From Octopus vulgaris (Eukaryota): a stretch of DNA of 64,000 bases. Shown here piece after piece: positions 1 through 18,093 of the stretch. The stretch spans positions 30,504,001-30,568,000 of the forward strand of contig OX597823.1 of the NCBI GenBank assembly GCA_951406725.2. The letters are read 5' to 3'. The translations under genes and the position numbers were made by a program. The notes beneath the pieces were generated by a model. That model was not told the origin of the DNA. It saw only the letters and a program-made list of their open reading frames with translations, and did not search any database. Each line of letters opens with the position of its first letter. Position 1 is the first letter of the stretch.

Positions 1-9
1 AGCAGTATT

Positions 10-3400
<3,391 letters not shown>

Positions 3401-4244
3401 CCCATACACACCGTACCCTTCATTCTACATACACACACAGAGTCCACTTCACTCCACAAAAGTATTATTTCGCAGTAACCAATGATATACCTTTTGACAG
3501 GTAATAATATTTGAATCCATTCATAAAAAAAATCGTCTCTTCGACTTCATCAACATTTATGACGTAATCTTAAAGTTCAACACAATTTCTCATCGTTACA
3601 GCATCCACCAATAGACATCAGTGTAGTGGGTGTTTGCATAATTATTATTTCTTCATCTGTATTTACGTCACATCAGCTTCTCCCACTTCAAATCACAATG
3701 GTCTATACTTTACTTTTCATCCCTCAGGGATCGATATAATAAATATGGTACCCGAATTTGCTCCGGTGGCTTTTTACGTTCCGGTTTCAAATCCCACTGA
3801 GGGCTATCTTTGCCTTTCGTCCTTTCAGAGTTGATAAAAATGAAGTACTAGTCAAGTACCATTGACCCCAGAACTTAACTGGTACTGGGGTCAATGGTAT
3901 CGATCAATCCCCATCCCCTAAATCAAAATCCATCGATTAACCCCGTCCCATAATCAAACACCGTTAAAATAGCGGTGAGCCGACAGAATCGTTAGATTGT
4001 CGAAAACATGCCTTAGAGATTTTGTACCGTGTTTACATTTTGAGTTCAAATTCCACCGAGGTCAACCTTGCCTTTGATACCTTCAAGGTCGATAAAATAA
4101 AATGCCAGTTAAATACTAATGTTGATGTTATCGACCTAACCCCTTCTCTCAAAATTACTGACCTTGTGCCTAAATCAAAAATTATTATCATACAAAACTA
4201 CTACACTTTAATTTAATCAGCTATCCTGAGATTTATTGACAAGT

Positions 4245-4720
4245 CTCTTCAAAATCACTAAAATCTTTCTTAGTTTTCTTGCAGACTTTTGTATAGTGCT
4301 GTCTGTTGGTCGACGACACGTGTTTCTGTTTCAATATTCCTCGATCTCTCAATTCAAACACTCCAGTTTCGGCATTGTGCCCACTGCTCCAATTGTCACA
4401 GAAACAATTGCCACTTCTGTGTTCTACAATCTCCACATTTCTCTGGCTGGTCCCTGATATTTCTCAATTTTCTCGGTTTCCTGGATATCCATTCTACTAT
4501 CGTATGGGATTACAAAGTCAATAATATTCCACTACTTATCTATAGTCATATCTGGTCACCTTGCCTCAATAGTATGGTCTGTCTCTGTAAACAAATACCA
4601 TAAAATTCTGTAATTACCTCGGGCTCCAGTTCATACCTCTTTGTTCTAATTTCGAATTTACAGACTTGGTTAACTTCCCAGGGCATTCTTTCATCGACAG
4701 TTATGCCTACATTTATACTC
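4245..4720 (-). mobile_element. Decayed 3' fragment of an RLE-type (R4/Dong-like) non-LTR retrotransposon
   Basis: Manual translation gives YKCRHN...ILWYLFTETDHTIEAR*PDMTIDK*WNIIDFVIPYD...EKIEKYQ...VTIGAVG...QKSARKLRKIL. This fits the RHN / RPD..D / EKxxKY / GALG restriction-like endonuclease pattern, with several stops. Confidence 0.8.
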
Positions 4721-4859
4721 TTTTGCTAATGTTTTCGTCCCTTTTTCCACACCTTCTGTATTTGATCTCTGCTTCAGTTTTATCAATCTTTGTTCTTATC
4801 AAATTCGTTCGAATGACTATACTTAACAATTCAGTTACTACAGCATTAGCAAGAGTCAG

Positions 4860-6400
4860 AAGCATTAGCAAGAGTCAGAAAAGGAAGACACTTTTGATTC
4901 AGCATTCCAGGATACTTGTTCCACCAACGAAACCACATTTTCTGTTACAAAGACATCTGAATGACTTGATTGCAATTTAATATTATCTAAAAGGTAGACT
5001 GAACTTCTACGTTCAATCTTGAACGGATGAAATCTTACTAAAACGCCATCGTAAAGTTTGATTTCTGTAGCCACCATTTATGAATACAACGACTGATCTA
5101 CTCACGAAGATGGACCTGTGTTTTGTCAACATATTAATCTAAGCAATGAGTTTCTTGACCATGAGCATAATGTGGATGGATGGAGATTGTTCTCTGATTC
5201 CTCAAATGTCAACTTGAAAGTGATCCTTCGTGACAGTAGTAAACTCCATTTTGTACCTTTTTCATATACTATATACATGAAGCTGCTTTTAGAGAAGGTA
5301 GAATATCAAAAATAAAAGTGACTCCTTGTTATCTGAAGGTCGTTGTAATCTTTATAGAATTACAGCTACGTTACAACATGTACGGTACAGTAGTGACTAG
5401 CAAAACCAAAAGATTCAGAAGGAATGACCAAACCTTTTGTTGTTTCAGACAAGAAAATATTTTGTCCTGCTCGCCGGTGAACTCTGAGAAAACGTTCCTT
5501 CTTCCTTTACTCGTCAAGTTTGAACTAAATGAAAAACTTTCTTAAAACGATCGATAAAACGCAAAGTGTATGCGAATACGGATCAGTGGTGCCATGATTA
5601 AAGAAGAAGGTTTTGTAAGCCTTCAGAACAGGGGATTATTAAGAGATAAGAGATTGAAATAAGGATTGGAGAATGTTAAATAAATGGCACAGCAAAGTTT
5701 CAAAAATGGCTGTGCAAACTTTTGGAGAAAGACTGAAACGTATTTATTCATTTTAAATATGTTTTAAAGATTTGAACGTAAATATCTAAACCTGTTGTTA
5801 TTCATCACCAGAGTACATCTCTTTCCTTTAGACTGTGTTTACAACACACGCGATTCTCACGAGTAAGGTGACTTTGAGACACCGCATTGTTTTGACCTCG
5901 TTGTATGTCTCCTCCGCCAAAGCTACTCAACAAGATCAATGAATCTAACAAGTGAACGAACTCCTATTTACTAGAACCAGCAAGCAAATTATTTGTTGAT
6001 GCATGTAGATGCCTGCCTAATAGATAATAATTTATGGAATGTACGCTGAACAACAATAATTCAAACAATAACATTTTAAATCATTCTTAATACGTGCAGG
6101 TAGATTTGAAGGTGAATATCTGAAAGGTCGAAAATGGTTCTGAAATAGTAGGCGATTTTCCGAAATCTTACCAAACAATAGAGTACAATGTACCATTAAA
6201 GGTTAGTTTCTTCGATTCACACTTAGATGTATTTTACAAGAAAAACTTGAGTGCTGTAAGCTTTCTGGGCATTTTCATTACAGTATTTCGATCACAGTGA
6301 AGAGTTATCAAGGTAACTGGAATTCTAACATGTTCGATGACTACTACTGAATTCTGAAGAGAGACACGTCTGACGCAAAGTATTGCTGAAAACTCAAGTC
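4860..6400 (+). mobile_element. Decayed Chapaev-like (CMC superfamily) transposase pseudogene
   Basis: Collinear fragments: PHFLLQRHLNDL, GWRLFSDSSNVNLKVIL, LKVVVIFIELQLRY, FLLPLLVK..MKNFLK, IKEEGFV, PLKVSFFDSHLD..KNLSAVS, YQGNWNSNMFDDY. These match Chapaev3-type motifs as I recall them. There are frameshifts, stops and an interruption at about 5760-6100. Confidence 0.65.
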
Positions 6401-6500
6401 AGCTTCTTTTTTAGATTACTTTTAACATATCATTAAACATTTAATAAATACGTAACTGTATGGATCTTTGAAAATTAAAATGAAATACAACACAAAATCC

Positions 6501-6796
6501 GAAAATTACTATTTTTTTAAATCTCATAACAAGAGATATTCAGCAACAGTACTTTGTAGTAAAGATTTTTTGCCAACATAACATGGCAGTCCTGGTTTAG
6601 GATGAATGTTGCTGTAATTTAGCCCCAGCAGACATCGTCTCCAGTTGGCTATACGACACATATCGTATAGCTGGCTATAAGGACACAGATCGTGTCGTAT
6701 AGCCAGCTGGATACTATGTCTCCTGTGGCTAAATTACGGCAACATTCGTCCTAAACCAGGACTGCCATGTTATGTTGGCAAACAATCTTTACTACA
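6501..6796. mobile_element. Asymmetric fold-back element, copy 1
   Basis: About 105-bp inverted arms (6555-6660 and 6690-6796) plus a 55-bp unpaired left extension. Flanked by the direct repeat tacaacacaaaatcc (6486-6500 and 6793-6807). Second copy at 56868-57243. Confidence 0.85.
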
Positions 6797-7999
6797 ACAC
6801 AAAATCCTCTCTTGAAACAGAAATGTTGCTAACTTATTTACGTTCTACACAAAAATATAATAAATATACTGTATTTCCATTCTTGTAACACGAATTTTTT
6901 CCCCGTTGTTATTTTCAGCCCAACACCTTAAGTATACTGGCTGTCCTTAACAATATCTTCGTCTTACAGAAGGTGTTCTTAAGAAAAAAAATTTCCTTCA
7001 TTATTTAACGTCTCCATTTTTAAGAACGTAGTTTGTGGCAGCTACAGATTTCGTAATCACATGGTTCCGCGTTCATTCCGTGTTGCACCTAGCATAGCCT
7101 CGGGCCCAACAAAGTTATGTGTAGTCTAATTAGGTATGTTAAATAGAGTTATGAGGTCTTGGTAGATGGCCGAGAAGAAAACCGAAATTTCGATATATTA
7201 TTTATCAATCGGCATTTATTACGTCTTAATGTCGCGTCAAATTGACAACGGAATATTCGAAAGGACATCATTACTGGACTGTGATTAAGCCATCGGTTCC
7301 CTTCGGTCCGACCGTATCTTCGGACATTCAAAAACTATATATTTATTTCAGTGATATGATCTGAAATGTCAAAGTTGTACAATGGTTGCAGTGAAAGCGT
7401 CCGTCATTGCCTAGATATTCATTGAGGCAGAACTATTTTAATTACCCCTGGTTGTTACTGATATTTTAAATGACAATTTGTTATATTTACCGGAATAACT
7501 CAATGAAGTTATTTCATTCACCCGTAACGGAGTCAATAACGTCACGAGAATCACCAACCTTATGATGTTGATAAATGAGTTCATTCATCCGTGATTACTT
7601 CGGTTTCTGAGACAATCCATTGTTGAGCAATTGTTATTAATACTTTTGCATTCCGATCTATTACTTCTCAGGTAACCCTTCTTTCTATTGTTATCAGATA
7701 TTCCAAACGCAAATTTGTTAAACAACACTATCTTGATGGGTGTTTTTCTTTTTTCATTCTTTTACATTTTTTTCTTTTCTTTTTATGCGTGTAAACTTTA
7801 ACGATTCTGCAAACTGTAGTTTTACACCAATTTCCCCAAGCTTATCAAAAAGTAATTTCCTTCTTATGGTATCTCTGAAATATTATACCATAGTATTACT
7901 ATTACACAACTGCTCCAACAAGTCCTTCTCTTCTCATTGAGTCGTTTGTGTTTCTATGTCCTATAAAATCATGAACTGTGTTATTTCAGAAATAGAAAC

Positions 8000-9010
8000 G
8001 TTGCTGTGTTAGCCAAGTTCCCCAAATGGTTCGCTAATAGTTGCGTTGTATTTGCTCAGACAAAAGCAAGGCTTGATATGTCCAAAGTTACTCGTCCACT
8101 CTCCAGAAATGAGCAGTGCAACACCTGCAAGATCACTATCCGGAATGCTAAAGTGGTCCTTTTTTCATCGCACAACCCTCAAGCAAGATCGTCTCAAAAT
8201 TTGCAGCTGATCCTTTTTAATGACTTCCAAAAGAATATCCACCAGCTTTGCAGACTTGGCTTTTCCTCCACTTCCCAAATCCACACCGGACACACACACA
8301 CACACACACACACACCAAGTGCAAAAATATTTCCCGTCGTTGCCACATGCCTTGACAATGTCCCTCTCAAATACTTCAAATATTACACCCCAGAGCCGAC
8401 TTATATATTTGCCATCTCTGCAGGCTGTTTCCTTCTACAATCAGCTTTTCCGATCTTTGGAAACACGCTATAATATGCCCCTTCCCAAGAAAGGCAGTTC
8501 CTATCACCCTATCATCTTACTGAATTCCCTTCCAATATCTCTAAAGAGACAGCCATTAATAATGTCCTCCTTTAACACCTTGAATCCTTCTTTCTCTCTT
8601 TATCAAGTACCATTGCGGTACGGTTTCCATAAAGCTCGATCTATAGCTCACGTGTCCTCTTACGTCATCCCCCAATGGACCTCCGCCTTAAATAAAAAGG
8701 TTTTTTAACCTCGACATAAGCAAAGCTCTCAACTGTCTCAGCCATACAGCAGCTGTATGGGCCCCACCAGTCTCACATCTTTGTCTCAGAAGCTTTCTCT
8801 TAGGTCGCTCTGTTGTGATGCGAGCTGGTAAAACCTTTCCTGTCCCTAACTCTATCTTTACTTGTGTGGCCGAGGATTCAAGTTTTGCCCCTTGCTATCT
8901 TTCTTCTCTACATCAATGACGTGCTTGCTGTCATGTCCAATAATGTCCTTTCTTACACAAACGATGTGACCCTTCAGACTTCTCTGTCTCCAACCGTGCA
9001 TCATCCACAG
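8000..9010 (+). mobile_element. Decayed LINE ORF2 (reverse transcriptase) fragment, CR1/L2/Jockey-like
   Basis: PKWF..., SYHPIILL (YRPISLL-like), YGFHKARS, LDISKA, and DSSFAPLLSFFYINDV...VLSYTNDVTL (degenerate QGS...YADD). Frameshifted. Confidence 0.7.
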
Positions 9011-9024
9011 GTATCTTTAACTGG

Positions 9025-9320
9025 TACTCCGTCCAGTTGATGCGATCAAGGGAACAGCTTGCCCATGAGATTAACGTACAAATGGCTGAGCACTCCACAG
9101 ACACGTGTACCCCTTCACATACTTCTCAGGGAGATTCAGCGTGACACAGAGTGTGATAAGGCTGGCTCCTTGAAATACAGGTACTACTCATTGTTGTCAG
9201 CTGAGTGGACTGGAGCACCGTGAAATAAAGTGTCTTGCTCAAGGACACAACGCGTCGCCGGGTATCGAACTCGCGTCCCTACGATCGAAAGCCGAATACC
9301 CTAACCACTTCACATGCAAC
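9025..9320 (-). mobile_element. tRNA-derived SINE with a Meta/CORE-like central domain (other copies at 22543-22865 + and 24380-24630 -)
   Basis: tRNA-like head with B box GAGTTCGATACC, then GTTGTGTCCTTGAGCAAGACACTTTATTTCAC. The 3' tail is shared with the tRNA-Arg-like family. Confidence 0.8.
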
Positions 9321-9394
9321 CTTAACACCAAATGTCAAACCCACTCCAGTTTCATGAACAGAAACCTCAAAAGCATCCTCCAGTAATACACTCT

Positions 9395-10000
9395 TTTACT
9401 CTTTTTACTCTTTTACTTGTTTCAGTCATTTGACTGCGGCCATGCTGGAGTACCGCCTTTAGTCGAGCAAATCTACCCCAGGATTTATTCTTTGTAAGGC
9501 TAGTACTTATTTTATCGGTGTCTTTTGCCGAACCGCTAAGTTACGGGGACATAAACACACCAGCATCGGTTGTCAAGTGATGGTGGGGTGGGGTGGGGCA
9601 AAGACAGACACACAAACATATACACACACATACATATATATGCATATATACGACGGGATTCTTTCAGATCCCGTCTACCAAATCCACTCACAAGGCTTTA
9701 GTCGGTCCGTGGCTATAGTAGAAGAAACTTGCCCAAAGTACCACGCAGTGGGACTGAACCCGGAACCATGTGGTTGATAAGCAAGCTACGTACCACACAG
9801 CCACTCCTATGTACACACATACATATATATACATATATACGACGGGATTCTTTCAGTTTCCGTCTACCAAATCCACTCACAAGGCTTTAGTCGGTCCGAG
9901 GCTACAGTAGAAGACACTTGCCCAAAGTACCACGCAGTGGGACTGAACCCGGAACCATGTGGTTGGTAAGCAAGCTACTTACCACACAGCCACTCCTGCG
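9395..10000 (-). mobile_element. tRNA-derived SINE family 'O' with an internal microsatellite; the head half is tandemly duplicated here
   Basis: Head GGAGTGGCTGTGTGGTAAGTAGCTTGCTTACCAACCACATGGTTCCGGGTTCAGTCCC and tail GGTGCTCCAGCATGGCCGCAGTCAAATGACTGAAACAAGTAAAAGAGT. Other copies at 14215-14580(-), 15600-15745(+), 18820-19280(-), 21650-21830(+), 43040-43200(-), 57410-57846(-) and 57900-58265(-). Confidence 0.9.
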
Positions 10001-10244
10001 CACACACGTTTTTGTTAAGTGCTTAACCACGTGCATGTTAATTTCACGAGCGAGCTGTTCCGTTGATCGGATCAGCTGAAACACTCATCGTCGTAACCGA
10101 CGGAGTGCCAGTGTGTATGTGTGATTGTGTGTGAGTGTGTGAATGATTGTGTGACTGAATGTATGTGTGTAGGACAATGTGTTTGTGCGTGCGCACGCGT
10201 GTGCGTGTATGTATGTGTGTGCACAAAGTTAGCTAGAGAGTGTG

Positions 10245-10380
10245 AGACCCGAGGCGGCCCTTCCATTTTTGCCGCCCCTGGACCCCTCACAAAGCACACA
10301 TTGCCTACAGCAGACCCAAAATTGCCACACCTTTAAAAGTACCGCCCGGGGCGGACCGCCCCACTCTAGCTACGTTAGTG
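10245..10380. mobile_element. GC-rich MITE end (hAT-like)
   Basis: gccgcccct...cgcccggggcggaccgcccc..ctagctacgttagtg. Only one terminus is clear. Confidence 0.4.
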
Positions 10381-11179
10381 TGTGTGTGAGACAGAGAGAG
10401 AGAGAGAGAGAGAGAGGGGTGGAGAGACTGCGTGTGTTTGATTGTTCTCTTGGCTTCTGTAAGTCAAATTTTTTGAGGGAAGCTCTCGTCTCTACGATGT
10501 TACCCTAAAGGCAAGATCGCTGCTTTAGAGCCGAGACAACTGGGCGCCAGTGACATTGCAAATATCGTTGGCAGAAACCAAAGGAGCCGACACCGATACT
10601 ACAAAGCATCTCGTTCGACCCCACCCAACAATTTCGTCAATCTACCCGCCTGGACTGATTCATTTTTATTGACCTCGAAAGGATGAAAAGCAGAGACGAC
10701 CTCGGCAGAATTTGAACTCAGGGCGAAGAGAATCAGAACAAATTGGCTCAGTTAATTTACTGCCTTGAGTTAATCGTAAATAAATATCACCATTAATGCG
10801 TTGGATACGTATATTTACATTCTTCGCTAATGTATTTTTTTTTAATATACCAAAGAGTAAAATATCCATGGCATGTGAGAGGCGTCAACCGTGTTACGCG
10901 AACTTGGGTGTTTATATACGAATATACGAATATACACGTGAAGGCCAATCAAGCGTGCACAAGGACCTGCGTATGCGTGTGTCTACAAATATATATATTT
11001 TTTTTTTTTTTTTTTTTTTTGTACTTGTTTCAGTAATTTGACTGCGGCCATGCTGGAGCACCGCCTTTTAGAGTGGTGAAAGAGTACAGCAGGGATCACC
11101 ACCATCCCCTGCCGGAGCCTCGTGGAGCTTTTAGGTGTTTTCGCTCAATAAACACACACAACGCCCGGTCTGGGAATCG

Positions 11180-11988
11180 ACATATATATATGTATGTGTG
11201 TGTATGTATGTATATATGTATGTATGCATGTAAGTGTATGCGTGTGCATGTATGTAGATAGATAGATAGATAGATAGACAGATAGAAGCATGTATATGTA
11301 CACGTGAAAGCCTGTACGACAGTTTAGTACGTGTGTGTGTGTGTGTGTGTGCGCGCGTGCATTTGAGTCTGTGTGTGTGTATTTGTATGTGTGTGCGCGC
11401 GCGTGCGGTTTTTTGGGTGTGTGATCGCGAGTGCACGCACGCGATTTGTGTGTGCGCGCGTCCGCGTTTGTATGTGTGTCTGTGTATGCGCGTTTGTGTG
11501 TGTGTATATGTGCGTTTGTGTATGTGTACGTGCATTTGTGTGTGCGTGTGTGTGTGTGTACATTTGTGTATGTGTATGTGTGCTTTTTGTGTGTGTATGG
11601 GCGCGTGTGTGTGTGTGTGCCTATGTACGAAAATACGAATATACAAACAGACAGACAGGTAGACAGACAGGTAGACACGTGAATGCCGGCACCACAGTCT
11701 AAAATTCTGAAACGTTTTGTACTGAAAAACTAGAGAGAGAGAGTGAGGTACGGGAGGAGAGAATCAAGTAGACAGAGAGAGTGACTCCGCACTCCCACAC
11801 ATTGATGTAAGCATACGATGTGTAATGTATACCCAATCACAACCATGCGTTGTAATATATAGATACAATTCTAATCTATGCAGCTATAATATATATTCAT
11901 TCAAAATAGTTGCTTCAATATACAGCCAGTCAGCCAGCCAGCCAGCCAGCCATACACACATACATACATACATACATACATACATACA

Positions 11989-12022
<34 letters not shown>

Positions 12023-12245
12023 CGTATGGGGTTTTGGTATATGTCATTGTAATGTAAAAGAATGTCGCAATCGTAAGTATAGTCGTGTTTTCGAACGAAA
12101 CAGAAATGGTAAGACGAAATAGAAATAGATTCACCACGTATTAAGAACAGACTTCAACAAATATGGACTAATACGTGCATGCACGCAAACGTGTCTATGT
12201 GTAAGTGTGTGTGTGTGGAAGAGAGAGAGAGAGAGAGACAGAGAC

Positions 12246-12282
<37 letters not shown>

Positions 12283-12427
12283 GACAGAGAGAGGGAGAAA
12301 GAGTTAAGGGCGAAATTTCGAAGTAAACAGTCATTATTAAACATTATTTCGACTCCAACAACAGTATTTGAATCCATTCACCTCAAGTTTGATGTAGCAA
12401 TCGCACAAATTAATCAATGAGTAAAAT

Positions 12428-12500
<73 letters not shown>

Positions 12501-12510
12501 GTAGGTAGGT
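11180..12510. repeat. Compound microsatellite region: (TG/CG)-rich, (CATA)n, (GACA)n, (GA)n, (GATA)n
   Basis: Directly visible simple repeats that explain the overlapping low-complexity ORFs. Confidence 0.9.
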
Positions 12511-15403
12511 AGATGATATATTTCGAAAATAACATTAACGTTCACATACGCATACACATAAACATACTAGATACAAAATTTTGCAATGGATGCTAAATTC
12601 CTAGGGTCAACAACCAAACGAAAAAGCATGAATGAAAATTTTACACCGCTCGTTATGACGAAATATCTTAACATCACGTGATAGTCTTTTTGCTTTTCAT
12701 TCATAAATACCAACATTCAAGAGATCAGGCCGTACACCCGTATCATGGACTCGCATACAAATGCTTCATACATGTGTATGTCACATGTCTATGCCTGTAT
12801 GCATGTATGTTTGCTTGCTTCTAACAGTAATAATTTCTTGTAGCAACAGCTTGAGTACGGCCTTTACTTGTTACTCACCATCTACAGCAGGTTTCCCTCA
12901 AATTTTTTAAACCATTTCATGGAATCCTTGACCTCTCATCGATCTCCAGGCAAAATAAATAATAATAATAATAATTATAATTATAATTAAGCAGGTGTGC
13001 ATTTATCGACTCCTTGAATAGTTCCATCGACCCCCGAGGGTAGATATTGACTACTTTGGAGAAGTGCAATGATCAACCGTGGTAACAATGAGGTATAAAA
13101 CTATCAACAAAAACGTAGCGTGCAGTAGTATTATCTTGGCTGTTGTATTCTGTCGAGATCTGCATACTATAACAATATTAAAACGTTGATCAATTGCCTA
13201 TTATGCCATTCAAGAAATGTAATGAACATTTATTTCTAAGACCACACTAATTCAAGTGGCTTGTAGTGTCCATCCTGCTTGAATCACAGTTGTACCGAGT
13301 GGGACGCGTCGTAATTCGTGTATGAAGGACACAAGAATCTCCAAAACCGTTTTGTATAATATAACGGGATGGACTACAGAAGCCATAGAAGAAGGCAGCC
13401 GAAACTATTATAATGATGTGATAAGGTGACAGACAATTCAATGAAACGGATCGCCTTATTACGGCTGCGTGATCAAAGACAACGATCGGTCATAAACAAC
13501 AGCGGAGAGCTACAACAGAAGGCGTAAAAGATGGAGAGACGAAACAGACGAAACGAGAAGGCGAGAGGGAATAAGCTAGAGTGAAATGCATTTTATCTGG
13601 TCTGCCTGTAACGTTCTGTGGCTTCTATGGGTATATATGTACTAGTACCTTTGGTTTACATTTCCATAGAAGAGCAAAATATCATTGACAGAATTTGTTT
13701 TTAAAACGTGTCTTTTCTGCTCCTATTTCAAACTTGATCGCATGGGACGGCCAAGATTGGCGGAAGGGGAAGAGGAGAGAGTAAAAGCGAGAAAGAGCGG
13801 GACAGTGCAGGAAAGAGCGGGACAGGGCGGGACAGAGCGGAAAAGAGAGAGCAAATACATACATGCGCCTTTGATAATACACATACTAACTCTTCTCAAT
13901 CGAGACGTAACTCAGGAAAGGTCTCCAACACGAATATCTAGAAGTAATTGTAAATAATTTGGGACCGAAATATCAATCTTTACTGAGAGAAGACAAAAGT
14001 TTATAAAACCAAATAGAGCAAAGTGCTTCGTTACATCATTTTAAAGAAAATATGATTGGTTTTAGGTTATGAAGCTTTTTCTTTCTTTCTTTTGCTCCTC
14101 GTTTATATGTATGAATGCATGCATCCATTCATCCATCCATCCATCCATCCATCCATCCATCCATCCATACATACATACATACATACATACATACATACAT
14201 ACATACATACACGTCTTTTATCTTTCACTTGTATCAGTCATTAGACTGCGGCCAGATTAGGGCGACGCCTTGAAGGGTTTTTTGTTTTTTGTCGGACGAA
14301 TCGGCCCCAGTAAGCCTGGTTTATCTATCAGCCTCTTTTGCCGAACTGCTAAGTTACGGGGACATAAAAGCACCAATATCGTTTGTCAAACGTGGGTGGG
14401 GTACAAACACGCACACACACACACATACGAATGTTTATATACGACGGGCTTCTTTTCAGTTTCCGTCAACCAAATCCGGTCACAAGGCTTTGGTCGGCCC
14501 AAAGTGTCACGCAGCGGGACTGAACTCGGAACCGTGTGGTTGAGAAGCAAGCTTCTCACCACACAGCCACTCCTGTGCCTATATACATACATACATATAT
14601 ACATTTATACATACACATACACACACACACACGATCATATATATATACGGTGTGCGTATGTTTGTGCATGTAGCTCGTATTACAACCACGTGCTTTCGGA
14701 TTCGGCCCCACTGCACGGTACCTTGCGCAAGTGTCTTCTACTGTAACCCCGAGTCGATTAAAACCTTGTAAGTCGATTCGGAAGGACGGGAACTGTTAAA
14801 ACCCGTCGTGTGTATATACATACACATATATACAAACGCGTATGAGAGATCGTCTTGAATGACGTAATTGATAGTTGATAACCGTCTTAATATGTCGACG
14901 TTACAGTATTAGAGTGTATTAGATCTTGGCATCGTACAACAGTCAATATAGTACTACTAATACCACTGCTGCAGCTTGCTATCTTTGGTACTTTGTTGAC
15001 AGCCTTATGTCTCGTTTCTACAGCTGAATCATTGAACTTTCTGGAAACAACCCCAGCAGCCTCAGGGCAGCAGAGTCAATACCGAACCCAGGCAGTTCTC
15101 TCTAGAAATTATACTGTATATATATATGTAAAAAAACATCACATCTCAGTCAGAGCATTGATATAGATGTCCATATACATAACAACAAGAACAACAACAA
15201 CAACCAAGGCAACAACAGCAACGACGGTAAGGATGATGATGATGATGATGATGATGATTCCAATGAAAAGTCATTAGACGAAAGCTGATTGGTTGGAATT
15301 GAACATTACGTCAGAATTCGGAGCTGTAATACAGCACCAGCTGAGTGAATATGTGTGCATACATATACAAATACACAGCAACAAACACACAGATACAGAC
15401 AAT

Positions 15404-17520
<2,117 letters not shown>

Positions 17521-17819
17521 TGACGCTACATTAACAAAACAGCTAGTGTTTAAACAACAACAACAACAACAATCCTTTCTATTATAGACATAGGGTCTGA
17601 AATTTTGGGGTGGAGATTAGTCAATTATATCGACCCCAGTGCGCAACTGGTACTAACTTTATCGACCCTTCAAAGAACTTAATTGAATGGATTCACGATT
17701 TATAGTTGAAGCTGTACTTAACAAAGTTAAATTTCGGATATTCCCTTAAATTTAGATGCGAATGAATTTTGCCCTTGCCGAAATATATATAAAATGAGTA
17801 TTTAGAAAAAAAAAAAACA

Positions 17820-18019
17820 AAAGACGATGACGGGTGTGTAAACAGCAAACAGATGTATTAGTTTAACGCTCGAGAAGTGAGAAAGTCTTTTACGTTTCGA
17901 GCCTACGCTCTTCGATAGAAAGGAACACAGAAATAAACAGGGAGAGAAAACAGAAAAAGGTTTAGTGGCTAGGTATCTATCATGGCGAATGCCGGACAGA
18001 GTGGTCACACAGGAGAGCT

Positions 18020-18020
<1 letters not shown>
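17820..18020 (-). mobile_element. Penelope-like terminal repeat fragment with a minimal hammerhead-like motif (family 2)
   Basis: Minus strand 17922-17887 reads cttt-CTATCGA-a-gagc-gtag-gctc-GAAA-cgta-aaag. A homologous copy lies at 56765-57300(+), interrupted by an insertion. Confidence 0.6.
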
Positions 18021-18093
<73 letters not shown>

